From positions 1-64,000 of the forward strand of contig JBHIBG010000003.1 of the NCBI GenBank assembly GCA_046758965.1: DNA of 64,000 nt, in the 5' to 3' direction. The position numbers and the translations under genes are program-made. Shown here piece by piece: positions 1-9,072 of the stretch. Within the stretch, counting starts at the first letter, position 1. Each line of letters opens with the position of its first letter. This stretch comes from Candidatus Methylomirabilia bacterium. GTDB lineage: Bacteria > Methylomirabilota > Methylomirabilia > Rokubacteriales > CSP1-6. Below the pieces are notes generated by a model. That model saw only the letters and a program-made list of their open reading frames with translations. It was not told the DNA's origin and made no database searches.

Positions 1-92
1 TCACTGGCTCCCTATGGGTGACCCTGAGTGGCTCTGTTTGGGCGGCCGTTGACATTTCAGGATCTTGTCGACGCAGGTGGCAGCGCGAGCCT

Positions 93-1610
93 TCACAAAA
101 GCAGATTTTGCGGCAGGGCGGTTCCTGTAAACGGATCCCGCAGAGCGTTGCCCTCGAGCTTGAACGGGAACCAAGTGAGTGTTCCTCCGGTCATCGGGAG
201 CTTGCTATTCGGCGACGACCTCATGCCTCCCAGTTTTCTCGAGGTCAACCCGGCGTAGGTAAATTGCGCCAGGAGGATGGCATCCTCCAGGTCGTAGTAG
301 CATCCATGCAGATCGGGCCGTTCCCCGGCAAGGACCACGTAGGAGGGTTGTCGCTTAGAAATATTCCGGGCGAGATTGCTCAGAAACTTCAAGCGACGAT
401 AGCGAAAGGCTGGCAGGAAGAACCGAACGGGAAGGTCCTCCCCCATCTCGGCCTGCAGCACCCAAAACGGTAGATATTTCGCCGGTTGCTTTTGCTCAGA
501 ACTCGCTCTTCGCGCAATCTCATACTGCACTTCGTAGAGATCGCTCCTGTGGATCTGCCAGACCTTGTCGCAGGATGAGCAGACAAAGATCACGTCATCC
601 GGCTTCACCGGAAGATCCCAGCCACAATTCGGACAGGTCAGGGGCCGAAACCCAATAGTCTGAGGGTCTCCCACCGCTTCATTATCAAGCCTCGCATAGA
701 ACGAAAGCGGTGCATCGAGTTTGATGACGTTCTTGGACACCCCGTCCAGAACGGCTAACAGGGAGTGTCCCCGATATTCCACCTCTACCACCCAGAACGG
801 GAAATAGATCAGCGATAGGATCCGGCCGATGACCGTGCGATACAGAATCGAGTGCGCTCCGGCCGTCTTCATCCCTTGCGCGAGGGCCGCCTCGGGAGTG
901 ATATCGCCCTTGACGATCCTACCGGTTGCCCGCAGGACTTCTCGGCGAAAGAGCTCCAGTCGGACCACAGCCGGGCGAACTCCGAGGGAGTACAGATCGA
1001 GCCCGTGCAGCTGACACGCCAGAAAGTTTTTCTCCACATAGCGGTCGCGAAATAAGACCTCCTCATTGTTCTGAAGCAAACCGATCCCCACCCGGTTGGA
1101 CTTTCCGACCGACGCCGAGGGCTGGGCCTGCCTCGGGCTCTCCGGCTCACGCCTCGACTTAAACTCCGCTTTCCCGCCGCTCGCAAAGACAGTAGTGACA
1201 AGATCCCCGACCCATTGCACGGTCGAAACGAAATCCCCGGCCACCCCGCCAGGGGCCCACTCCTCACCCGCAGCTGGATAGGACGGAAGATAGATCTGAT
1301 TTTGGCGGGGCTTGCGGGGCGCCGCCCGCCATTGAAAATCATGACCGGTCAGCCGATAGTACGGAATGAAATAGAGTTGTGTGCGCACGATGCGGCACGG
1401 TCTTCCACCTGCCTGGTGCGCTGCCTTCACCGCGGCCTCGGCGCCCGGGACATTCACCTTCGGGGCCACGTAGTAGCTCAACACCTGCTTTCGTCCTGTA
1501 ACCAGGAGATTCGATCCGCAGTAGCCGCACCGTAGCGCATTACTGCCTTCGGTAAAGTCCAGCGATGCCGCGCACGTGGGACACTCCGTTCGGACGACGA
1601 GACTGTTCAT
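93..1610 (-). CDS. Multi zinc-ribbon protein (YdjG-like)
   Basis: Probable ATG at 1610 (MNSLVV). N-terminal CPTC..CGYC and internal CPNC..CSSC pairs; repeated 'YFIPYY/YFPFWV/YLPFWV' segments; directly downstream of the SPFH gene. Confidence 0.65.
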   Translation of the reverse strand: MNSLVVRTECPTCAASLDFTEGSNALRCGYCGSNLLVTGRKQVLSYYVAPKVNVPGAEAAVKAAHQAGGRPCRIVRTQLYFIPYYRLTGHDFQWRAAPRKPRQNQIYLPSYPAAGEEWAPGGVAGDFVSTVQWVGDLVTTVFASGGKAEFKSRREPESPRQAQPSASVGKSNRVGIGLLQNNEEVLFRDRYVEKNFLACQLHGLDLYSLGVRPAVVRLELFRREVLRATGRIVKGDITPEAALAQGMKTAGAHSILYRTVIGRILSLIYFPFWVVEVEYRGHSLLAVLDGVSKNVIKLDAPLSFYARLDNEAVGDPQTIGFRPLTCPNCGWDLPVKPDDVIFVCSSCDKVWQIHRSDLYEVQYEIARRASSEQKQPAKYLPFWVLQAEMGEDLPVRFFLPAFRYRRLKFLSNLARNISKRQPSYVVLAGERPDLHGCYYDLEDAILLAQFTYAGLTSRKLGGMRSSPNSKLPMTGGTLTWFPFKLEGNALRDPFTGTALPQNLLL

Positions 1611-1645
1611 GATGCCGGGGCAGAGGGGCGCGTAGCGATGGGACG

Positions 1646-2788
1646 TTACTGCGGAACCCGCTCTCCGCAGGTGAAGCAGAATTTGGTTCCAGGAGGGAGC
1701 TTCGTCTGGCAGTTCCGGCAGCGGAATTGGGCCGTCACCTCTAATCCGCACGACGGACAGAACTTCGCACTGGCCGTCAGGTTCTTATTGCACCGTGCGC
1801 ACTTCTTGATCACCACCATTTGGTGGCCGCAGTGCGGGCAGAAACGACTGTCAAGCGAGACCTCCCCGTGGCATTCGGGACAGTTGACGGTCCCTTTTCC
1901 CACGATCTCTTCAGCCCCCGTCTTCTCGCCGCCGAGAATCTTGAACAGCATGCCGGGAATCATCATCCCCATTCCCGCCCCGACCCCCAGTCCCATCCCG
2001 GCTGCGGCCTCGCCACCCCCGAGCACGCCGCCCGCGGTCGCAGCATCGCCCATTGCCTTGGCCGCCTTGAACTTGAGAAATTTGTCCAGGTCCCCTACCG
2101 CGGCCATGCCAGCTCGCTCGTCGATCATCTTCTGCACAGCCTCCGGCGGCGTGATTCGGTTGATGTAGAAATCCACCAGTTCGATCCCATATTTTCTGAA
2201 GTCCTCGGTGAGGCGGGTCTTCACCGCCACCGCCATCTCGTCGTAGTGCTTCGGAAGGTCGAGCACGCTGTCCACCGTGTCGCCGAGGAAGTCGTTCAGC
2301 CGGGACACGACGACCTCTCGCAGGTAGTCTTCGATCTGCTCCGTTTCAAACGAGCCTTGAGTCCCCACCAGGGAATTGACAAAGAGGAGAGGCTGGGTGA
2401 CCTGCATAGTGAACGTTCCAAAAGCGCGGAGACGGATCAGTCCCAGTTGACTATCCTTGAACGCCACGGGGTCCTTGGTCCCCCACCGCATGTTTGTAAA
2501 GACTTTCAGGTTGACAAACAGCACCTCGGCTCTGAACGGACTTGTAAAGCCCCACGGTAACGCCAGGACCTTGGTCAGGATGGGGAGGTTTTGTGTGGAG
2601 AGGGTGTGACGGCCAGGGCCCAGGATATCGAGCCCCTTGCCATCGCGGAAAAACACAGCCCCCTGGTTTTCTCGAACGATGACTTGCGCCCCGAACTTGA
2701 TCTCCGCCGACCCCGTTTCCGGATACCGATGGACGATCTCCGTGCCCGTTTCGTCAAACCACTCGAGAACCTCCATGAACTGTGACAT
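1646..2788 (-). CDS. SPFH (band 7, YdjI-like) protein with C-terminal zinc ribbons
   Basis: 'QVIVRENQGAVFFRDG', 'GPGRHTLSTQNLP', 'RWGT', 'LRAFG'; Gly/Met-rich linker; six CxxC motifs at the C-terminus. Confidence 0.85.
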   Translation of the reverse strand: MSQFMEVLEWFDETGTEIVHRYPETGSAEIKFGAQVIVRENQGAVFFRDGKGLDILGPGRHTLSTQNLPILTKVLALPWGFTSPFRAEVLFVNLKVFTNMRWGTKDPVAFKDSQLGLIRLRAFGTFTMQVTQPLLFVNSLVGTQGSFETEQIEDYLREVVVSRLNDFLGDTVDSVLDLPKHYDEMAVAVKTRLTEDFRKYGIELVDFYINRITPPEAVQKMIDERAGMAAVGDLDKFLKFKAAKAMGDAATAGGVLGGGEAAAGMGLGVGAGMGMMIPGMLFKILGGEKTGAEEIVGKGTVNCPECHGEVSLDSRFCPHCGHQMVVIKKCARCNKNLTASAKFCPSCGLEVTAQFRCRNCQTKLPPGTKFCFTCGERVPQ

Positions 2789-2797
2789 TCGTCAATC

Positions 2798-3292
2798 CTA
2801 TTCCGCGGTGAGAGTATCCTGACGCCGTGAAAAGGTGTTCTCGAAGCTGTCCAGCGCCCGATCCAGCTCCTCCGTCGCGTTCTTCACTGTCTCGCTGTTC
2901 GGGTGGGAATCCCGGACTCGTTTCGCCTGTGACTTCACCGATCCCAGCTCCTCGAACAATCCCAGGTCAAAGGTATAGAGCTCATCGAGCTTCTTCTGAT
3001 CGAGTTTATAGGTATCAAAAAGCCCTCGGTAGCCTCGGCTGGCGTACTTGATCGTATTCCCCAGCTTGTCCAGCTTGGCGGCGACCCGGTCCAGCGCCGG
3101 CAGGAGGGAGAGGTCCTTCTTCTCCATGAGCCTCCGCTTGTCTTCTTCCAGGTCCCGTTTGACCTGCCCAAGCTCCGTCGTCAGCCGGAGACGGATCGCC
3201 TTATCAGTATCCCGCGAGCGCCCCCGGTCCTGGTAGCCGGCAACACCAGGAACAATCCGCGCCAGCCTTTCCAGCTTCTGCGCAAGGCTCAT
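2798..3292 (-). CDS. Hypothetical alpha-helical/coiled-coil protein
   Basis: ATG at 3292 with GGAG upstream; 164 aa charged helical protein ('IVPGVAGYQ', 'YASRGYRGLFD', 'LDELYTFD'); ends 9 bp before the SPFH start. Confidence 0.7.
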   Translation of the reverse strand: MSLAQKLERLARIVPGVAGYQDRGRSRDTDKAIRLRLTTELGQVKRDLEEDKRRLMEKKDLSLLPALDRVAAKLDKLGNTIKYASRGYRGLFDTYKLDQKKLDELYTFDLGLFEELGSVKSQAKRVRDSHPNSETVKNATEELDRALDSFENTFSRRQDTLTAE

Positions 3293-3337
3293 GAGATCTC
3301 CCGAGAGATCCTTTGCACCGGAACACCACCTTCTGTC

Positions 3338-3346
3338 ATTGTACCA
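3338..3346 (-). promoter_or_regulatory. Extended -10 promoter element for the SPFH operon
   Basis: Minus strand TGGTACAAT about 45 bp upstream of the 3292 start. Confidence 0.5.
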
Positions 3347-3410
3347 GCACACCACCCGCATCGAGAAACATCGGCGGCTTACTGAGGCGCCGTCCCTGTC
3401 CAGAGCCCTC

Positions 3411-3572
3411 CCGAACCGCGCGCTGGGGGGGGCGTTGAGCGAGGGGGAGCTGTATCTCTCCACGGCGTGGTGGTTCACAACCGTCCCGGGCCTGGGTATC
3501 ATGCTCACTGCGCGTGCCACCAATCTGCTCGGTGACCCGCTACGAGGCATATCGGACCCCAGGCTCAAAGCC
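3411..3572 (+). pseudogene. 3' remnant of an oligopeptide/dipeptide ABC permease (OppC/DppC-like)
   Basis: Translation 'LGGALSEGELYLSTAWWFTTVPGLGIMLTARATNLLGDPLRGISDPRL' resembles the DppC C-terminus; no preceding permease sequence. Confidence 0.65.
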
Positions 3573-3591
3573 CAAGGGAGAAGAGGCCGCC

Positions 3592-4608
3592 ATGACCGCC
3601 AAAGGACCTGATGCCACCACGCTCCATCGCGACGCCGTCATCATCGACATGGTCTGCCCCCTGCTCGCCATCGAGCGCTACATCGACGAGTGGATCACGG
3701 GAGGGGCCACCGCGGTGGGTCCCACGGTGGCCGCGGACGACAACTGCACCGTCGCGATGGCTCACATCGGCATGTGGTACGAGCGCCTCAGGCGCCGGAG
3801 CTCAGAGCTTGTCCACGTCACCCGAGTCGACGATATCTACCGGGCTGAGAAGGAGGGGAAACTCGGCGTCATCTTCCATTTCCAGAACACGCAGCCCTTC
3901 GAGCGGAACCCGGACCTGGTGGAGGTCTTTTACCGCCTGGGCGTGCGGATGGTCCAGCTCACCTACAACCTCAAGAACTGGGTCGGTGACGGCTGCGATG
4001 AAGCCACGGACGCGGGGCTCAGCGAGTTCGGCCGCCGAGTGATCCGTGAGATGGACCGGGTCGGCATGGTCGTTGACCTCTCCCACACCGGGTACAGGAC
4101 CACCATGGAGGCGATGGAGCTGTCTGAAGGGCCCGTGGTCTTCTCGCACTCGAACGCCAAGGCTGTCCACGATTCGCGGCGGAACCTCCGCGACGATCAG
4201 ATCAGGGCCGTGGCGGAGAAGGGAGGGGTTATCGGCCTCAACGGGTTCCCCGCTTTCGTCAGCAAACGCCGATGGCCGACGCTGGACGACCTGCTGCGCC
4301 ACGCCGATTACATCGCCAGCCTGGTTGGCACCGACCATCTGAGCCTCGGCCTCGACTTCTACGGGGGTCAGTGGCCCTTCGCCTCCTCACGGGAGGCCCG
4401 GGCGCTCTATGAGGAACGGTTGAAGAGGGGGCGGTGGCGGCCGGGAACCTACCCGCCTCCCCCCTACAGGTATCCACGGGGGATCGAGGTGCCCTCCAAG
4501 CTGGAGACCCTGACCCGAGGTCTCCTCGCCCGCGGCTACGGGGAGAAGGATGTCCGAAAGATCCTGGGAGGGAACCTGATCCGCGTCTTTGAGAAGGTCT
4601 GGAAATAG
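3592..4608 (+). CDS. Membrane dipeptidase family (peptidase M19)
   Basis: 'GVRMVQLTYN', 'GLSEFG', 'VDLSH', 'FSHSN', 'RNLRD', 'GTDHLSLGLDF'. Confidence 0.9.
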   Translation: MTAKGPDATTLHRDAVIIDMVCPLLAIERYIDEWITGGATAVGPTVAADDNCTVAMAHIGMWYERLRRRSSELVHVTRVDDIYRAEKEGKLGVIFHFQNTQPFERNPDLVEVFYRLGVRMVQLTYNLKNWVGDGCDEATDAGLSEFGRRVIREMDRVGMVVDLSHTGYRTTMEAMELSEGPVVFSHSNAKAVHDSRRNLRDDQIRAVAEKGGVIGLNGFPAFVSKRRWPTLDDLLRHADYIASLVGTDHLSLGLDFYGGQWPFASSREARALYEERLKRGRWRPGTYPPPPYRYPRGIEVPSKLETLTRGLLARGYGEKDVRKILGGNLIRVFEKVWK

Positions 4609-4635
4609 GAGAAGGTGGCTCCGGTACTGCCGCGG

Positions 4636-4830
4636 TCAGCGAGAGGTTCCCGGTTTCCTGCGCCAGTACTGGCCGACCACGATCAGAACGATTCCAACAA
4701 TGACTCCCAGGCTCTGCTTCCAACCAACTCCCGGGGACCCCCCGAGTCCTAGCGGATCGGCCAGGGCTGAGAGGAGGGCCAGAATGAGCCCAACGGCCAA
4801 CGCTACCCAACCCAGCTTGTGCTTTGCCAC
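4636..4830 (-). CDS. Small two-TM membrane protein (64 aa)
   Basis: GTG at 4830 with GGAGG RBS; two hydrophobic helices; follows the MBL gene. Confidence 0.6.
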   Translation of the reverse strand: MAKHKLGWVALAVGLILALLSALADPLGLGGSPGVGWKQSLGVIVGIVLIVVGQYWRRKPGTSR

Positions 4831-4841
4831 AGCTTGGCCTC

Positions 4842-5702
4842 CTAGAGCCGGAGCGTCATGAGCTCCTCTGCGAAGATGAGCTGCCCGTCGTACATCCTGC
4901 GAACGTCGCCGATCCCCTTTTCCATGGGGCCATGGGAAGCCAGATGGGGCCCGACATGCACGAGCACGAGCTTCTTGACGCCCGCCTCGCGTGCCATCTG
5001 CGCGGCCCCTGCGGTGCCGCACTGGCCCGGGGCCTCACCGCTGACATTCATCCGCTCTTGGTCATCCCAGCACATGCAGAGCATCACGTCCGCGCCGCGG
5101 GCAAGGTCTACCACTGTCTGACACGGTTGCGTGTCTCCGGTGAACACGACAGTGCCTTCGGAGCTGTCCAGCCGATAGGCCAACGAATCCAACCACGGCT
5201 GCACATGCTCCGCGGGAGCCGAAGTGACCTGCCAGTCCCGCCCTTCATGCACGAGTCCCGGTCCCACATCTCTGGCCATGACCGACGGTGGCTTCCGCGG
5301 CAACGTACCACCCCGATTCACGTGGACGCGCTGGCTGAGCGGATGATTCACGCGCGCCTTCCAATCATGGGCGAACGCGCCATTTTCTCCCAGAATTCGC
5401 TCGGTCATGGTCTCAGTCAGGGTTGGGCCATACACTCGGAGTGAGTTCTCCTTGCCGATGCTCTGGTCCCAGCGGCAGAGCAGGAAGCAGGGGTAGTCCA
5501 CGTCGTGGTCGAAGTGGTGATGGGTGAAGAAGAGATAGTCCACTTGGGTCGGGAGGATCCCCATCTTGACCAATTTGTACGTCGAGGCCGGGCCGCAATC
5601 GAACATCAGATACTCCCCACCCACCTCGACCGCATACGCTGAGCCGAAGCGCGTGGGAGTTGGGGTTGGTGTGCCGCCACCAAGGATGAACAGTTGAGTC
5701 AT
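4842..5702 (-). CDS. MBL-fold metallo-hydrolase (RNase Z/ElaC-like)
   Basis: 'FDCG', HxHxDH motif 'THHHFDHD', 'FTGDT', 'LVLVH'; GAGGAGG RBS. Confidence 0.85.
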   Translation of the reverse strand: MTQLFILGGGTPTPTPTRFGSAYAVEVGGEYLMFDCGPASTYKLVKMGILPTQVDYLFFTHHHFDHDVDYPCFLLCRWDQSIGKENSLRVYGPTLTETMTERILGENGAFAHDWKARVNHPLSQRVHVNRGGTLPRKPPSVMARDVGPGLVHEGRDWQVTSAPAEHVQPWLDSLAYRLDSSEGTVVFTGDTQPCQTVVDLARGADVMLCMCWDDQERMNVSGEAPGQCGTAGAAQMAREAGVKKLVLVHVGPHLASHGPMEKGIGDVRRMYDGQLIFAEELMTLRL

Positions 5703-5825
5703 GCCCGCACCTCCTCAGGCTCTCAAACGGCTCGCTGTCGGATAGGCCGATCCGAGCGATGCCGAACGAAGCGCTCCGCGAAAGTATGCCGTCGATGGAG
5801 GCAAGCCGCCAGAGGGGGAGGGGCA

Positions 5826-6272
5826 CTAACGCCGAATCTTCACCCGCAGAGTTTGCCGTCCCCATTTCAATGCCTTCTTGCGGCTTGGAAAATAGACATC
5901 CAGCCGATTCGGCCCCTTGATGGCAGAGCCGGTATCCCTCACCACTCCCTTGCCGTACCCGGGAATCTTCAGCACCGTCCCGTAAGGATAGTAGCGGATA
6001 TCAGCGGCCACGGTGCCCTTTTTCGCCCTGGCGCCGCTCGAGGTAATGCCCACCTTTTTCCGCCTTCCCTTGTTGGGACCGCTGGCGACATACTTCCTCC
6101 AGAAGAAGACCTTCCCCCTCCTCCAGTTGGTGCTCATCCGATCCGAGGAATAGGCGGTCACAACCATTGTCCGCGCTTCATACCGGGCACAGGCGGAGAA
6201 GAAGAGAGGCGGAAGAGCAAGAAGACCGAGGAGAGCAATGACGATCAACCGCTGCCTGCTGCGAGCGATCAT
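5826..6272 (-). CDS. 3D-domain (three-Asp) putative lipoprotein, peptidoglycan-active
   Basis: Signal peptide ending FSAC; 'VTAY', 'VAAD..YYPYGT', 'VRDTGSAIKG', 'RLDVY'. Confidence 0.85.
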   Translation of the reverse strand: MIARSRQRLIVIALLGLLALPPLFFSACARYEARTMVVTAYSSDRMSTNWRRGKVFFWRKYVASGPNKGRRKKVGITSSGARAKKGTVAADIRYYPYGTVLKIPGYGKGVVRDTGSAIKGPNRLDVYFPSRKKALKWGRQTLRVKIRR

Positions 6273-6493
6273 GGCTACCTCCCCCAATCAGCGCAAGTGA
6301 CCTGACCCCTCGTTTTTGGGCCTGCCGACCCCTTGCTCTATGTTACGTATTCTCATACATCTCCTCACTCTTCTCCAAATTCGGGGTTGCGAACGAAGAG
6401 CTTTCAGGGCCTGCTTCCGCGCCGGCGAGGCTCCACTTGACAGCTCCACGTCCCGCGTGGTATCCACCTGCCTAACGGTGGCCTGAAGGGGTT

Positions 6494-6982
6494 ATGGAGA
6501 ATATGTCAACAGGCTCTGTCGTCTCTGTCCACATCGCCCCAGAGGCAACGAAGCCGATGGTCTCGGTAGGCGAAGTCCGTGCTCTCGCCGGCAGGGGCCT
6601 GGAGGGCGATCGCTATTTCCACCGGGTCGGAACATATTCGGACAAGCCTGCGCCCCGGGGAGGCCCACCGGCCCGTGAGGTGACGTTGATTGAAATCGAA
6701 GCCATCGAGGCCCTGAAGCGGGAGTATGGGATCGCATTGGACCCCGGAGACAGTCGTCGCAACATCGTGACGCGCGGCGTTTCCCTGAACCATTTGGTTG
6801 GCCGGGAGTTTCGCGTGGGCGGGGTCGCCCTCCGCGGCGCTCGCCTCTGCGAGCCCTGCTCACATCTCGAGCAGCTGACTCAGCAAGGGGTGCTACGCGC
6901 CTTGGTTCACCGTGGCGGGCTACGGGCGGAGATTCTTCGGGACGGTATGATCCGTGTAGGAGACAGCGTACAAGAGCAATAA
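6494..6982 (+). CDS. MOSC domain protein
   Basis: 'GLEGDRY', 'RRNIVTRG', 'CEPC', 'RGGLRA..G.IRVGD'. Confidence 0.9.
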   Translation: MENMSTGSVVSVHIAPEATKPMVSVGEVRALAGRGLEGDRYFHRVGTYSDKPAPRGGPPAREVTLIEIEAIEALKREYGIALDPGDSRRNIVTRGVSLNHLVGREFRVGGVALRGARLCEPCSHLEQLTQQGVLRALVHRGGLRAEILRDGMIRVGDSVQEQ

Positions 6983-7075
6983 CCGGCCTCGCCGAAGGGG
7001 CTCGACAACTTCATCGATCACCCAGGCAGAGAGTCCAAGCCGGGGCGGGCCGCGCGCTGGCTGGTCAACGAGCTG

Positions 7076-7282
7076 TCACGGCACGAGCAGCACTTTCCCG
7101 AAGTTCCTCCGGGCCTGAATATAGGCGTGGGCCTCAGCAGGATCCAGCGTCCCGTCGGCCACCAGCCGAAGGATCTCCTCCAGCATTCGCCGGAGCAGGG
7201 CCACGTGGTGCCAGAGATGGCCGACGTTCACGCCGAAGACCCCGCGGGGGTTGGTCTCGGTGAGTGGAGCATACCACGGCAT
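7076..7282 (-). pseudogene. 3' remnant of an MDR/quinone oxidoreductase (VAT-1-like)
   Basis: 'GVFGVNVGHLW...AEAHAYIQARRNFGKVLLVP*' resembles an MDR C-terminus, apparently with an internal deletion and no N-terminus. Confidence 0.6.
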
Positions 7283-7293
7283 TCCATCACCGC

Positions 7294-7322
7294 TTGACAC
7301 GCCGGGCGACCTCGCCTAGACT
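7294..7322 (+). promoter_or_regulatory. Sigma70-type promoter for the serine protease
   Basis: TTGACA-17 nt-TAGACT. Confidence 0.7.
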
Positions 7323-7407
7323 CCCTCTCGCCCTCCGCCCCCCTTCGGAAGAGGGCCAGCGGCGCGTGGCGGTCGGCGGAGACAGAACCCGTGGCACTGA
7401 GATACCC

Positions 7408-8268
7408 ATGGATGAGCTGAGCCGAGAACTTGGGCAGGCGGTGGGAAGTCGGGCCCACAGGACGACTCGGGCAGTCGCCAGGGGCCGGATAACGCTCATT
7501 TCCCGGCTTCTCATCGCTCCACTGGCGGGGGCGGTGCTCAGCCTGAGTCCCCTTCTGGCGGCGCAGGCAGGCTGGGCTGACCCGACCGAACAGATCGCGC
7601 AGCGTACCGAGGCGGCGCTCGAGTTCGGCACGGCGTTCGCCATCCGGCCCGAAGGGTTGTTCATGACCAACTTTCACGTCGTTGAGCAGGCCAAGGCCAT
7701 CGAGCTGTCCTGCCCGGGAATCGGGTCTGTCCCGGCCGTCGTGGAGACGTTCTCATCAGAGCATGACCTGGCGGTGCTGAGAGTCGATGGCGGTGGTCGG
7801 GGCGCATACTTGACTTTCGCTGACGCGAAAGCGATTCGCCTCGGAGCCGAGGTCTTCACGGTCGGATACCCGGCACCCGCTATTCTCAGGGGTCAGCCCA
7901 CGTACAGCGAGGGCACTATCAGTGGGCTTTCCGGCTCGCGTGAGGATCTCTGGCTTCAGATCAGCGTTCCTGTTCTCCCCGGCAGCTCGGGAAGCCCGCT
8001 GGTGAACGAGAAGGGGCAAGTTGTCGGCGTGGTGGTGGCGACGGACGTTCGTTATTTTCTCGGGACGACCGGCGCCCTGCCGCAAGAGATCGGCTGGGCC
8101 ATCAACGGACAGTATGGAGCCGCTCTGCTCGAGAGACCTCCTCCGGAGACCGACGAGCTGGCGTTGAAGCGAGTCAGTGCGCCCCGGCGTCTCCCTGCCG
8201 AACCTGACCGGAACGCGGTGATCAGGCGAGTCATGGACGCCACCTGCCTCGTCATCGTCGAAAAGTAA
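7408..8268 (+). CDS. Trypsin-like serine protease without PDZ domain
   Basis: Triad motifs 'TNFHVV', 'HDLAVL', 'PGSSGSPL'; hydrophobic signal-like segment; start uncertain. Confidence 0.8.
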   Translation: MDELSRELGQAVGSRAHRTTRAVARGRITLISRLLIAPLAGAVLSLSPLLAAQAGWADPTEQIAQRTEAALEFGTAFAIRPEGLFMTNFHVVEQAKAIELSCPGIGSVPAVVETFSSEHDLAVLRVDGGGRGAYLTFADAKAIRLGAEVFTVGYPAPAILRGQPTYSEGTISGLSGSREDLWLQISVPVLPGSSGSPLVNEKGQVVGVVVATDVRYFLGTTGALPQEIGWAINGQYGAALLERPPPETDELALKRVSAPRRLPAEPDRNAVIRRVMDATCLVIVEK

Positions 8269-8345
8269 GGGTCCCCCGGCGCAACCCCTCTGAGGTTGTA
8301 CGCGGCCATCGCCACAGGCGGCGAGAGGAAAATTCAAAGAAAGAC

Positions 8346-8374
8346 TTGACAGGCTGAACGCACCCGAGTAGTCT
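8346..8374 (+). promoter_or_regulatory. Sigma70-type promoter upstream of first dctQM
   Basis: TTGACA-17 nt-TAGTCT. Confidence 0.6.
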
Positions 8375-8544
8375 GACGCGACGCGTCTTATGCATCGCGA
8401 CCTGTGCCTTCCCCGCCGCCGAGAGCGCGAGCGTTTCCCGGTGGGCTACCCAAAGGGTCCATGCCGCGGGTATTGGCATGCTCCTGGTAGGGCCATGAGC
8501 CGCGGGCAGCCGTTCATTCTTGCGAGACAGAGGGAGCAGGACGC

Positions 8545-9072
8545 ATGGTAGCACCCGTTGGGGCATGGCTGAAGACGATCCGCTACGTCGACACCTTAAG
8601 TCGGTGGGTGGGCAAGCTCGTCGCGTGGATCGTCATCCCGCTCGTCCTTGGCGCGACCTACGAGGTCTTCGCCCGCTATGTGTTCAACGCCCCGACGATC
8701 TGGGCCTACGACCTCTCCTACATGCTTTACGGCGGCCACTTCATGCTCGGCGCTGGCTACGCCCTCCTGAACAAAGCGCACATCCGGACGGACATCTTTT
8801 ACGAGAAGTGGTCGCCGCGGACTCAGGGATGGGTCGACGCGATCGCGTATCTCTTTCTCTTCTTCCCGGGGATGATCTTCTTCTTCCTGTCCGGATGGGA
8901 CTCCGCCTATTACTCCTGGACGATCCGAGAGGTCTCTGACGCCACTGCCTGGCAGCCTCCCGTCTACCCCCTCAAGATGGCCGTCCCCGTGGGCGCGATC
9001 CTTCTGATGATCCAGGGGGTTGCGGAGTTGCTGAAGAGCCTCTACGCCGCGCGCCACGGGGAGTGGCCATGA
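8545..9072 (+). CDS. dctQ: TRAP transporter small permease
   Basis: Four TM helices; 'YEVFARYVFNAPTIWA', 'HIRTD'. Confidence 0.9.
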   Translation: MVAPVGAWLKTIRYVDTLSRWVGKLVAWIVIPLVLGATYEVFARYVFNAPTIWAYDLSYMLYGGHFMLGAGYALLNKAHIRTDIFYEKWSPRTQGWVDAIAYLFLFFPGMIFFFLSGWDSAYYSWTIREVSDATAWQPPVYPLKMAVPVGAILLMIQGVAELLKSLYAARHGEWP

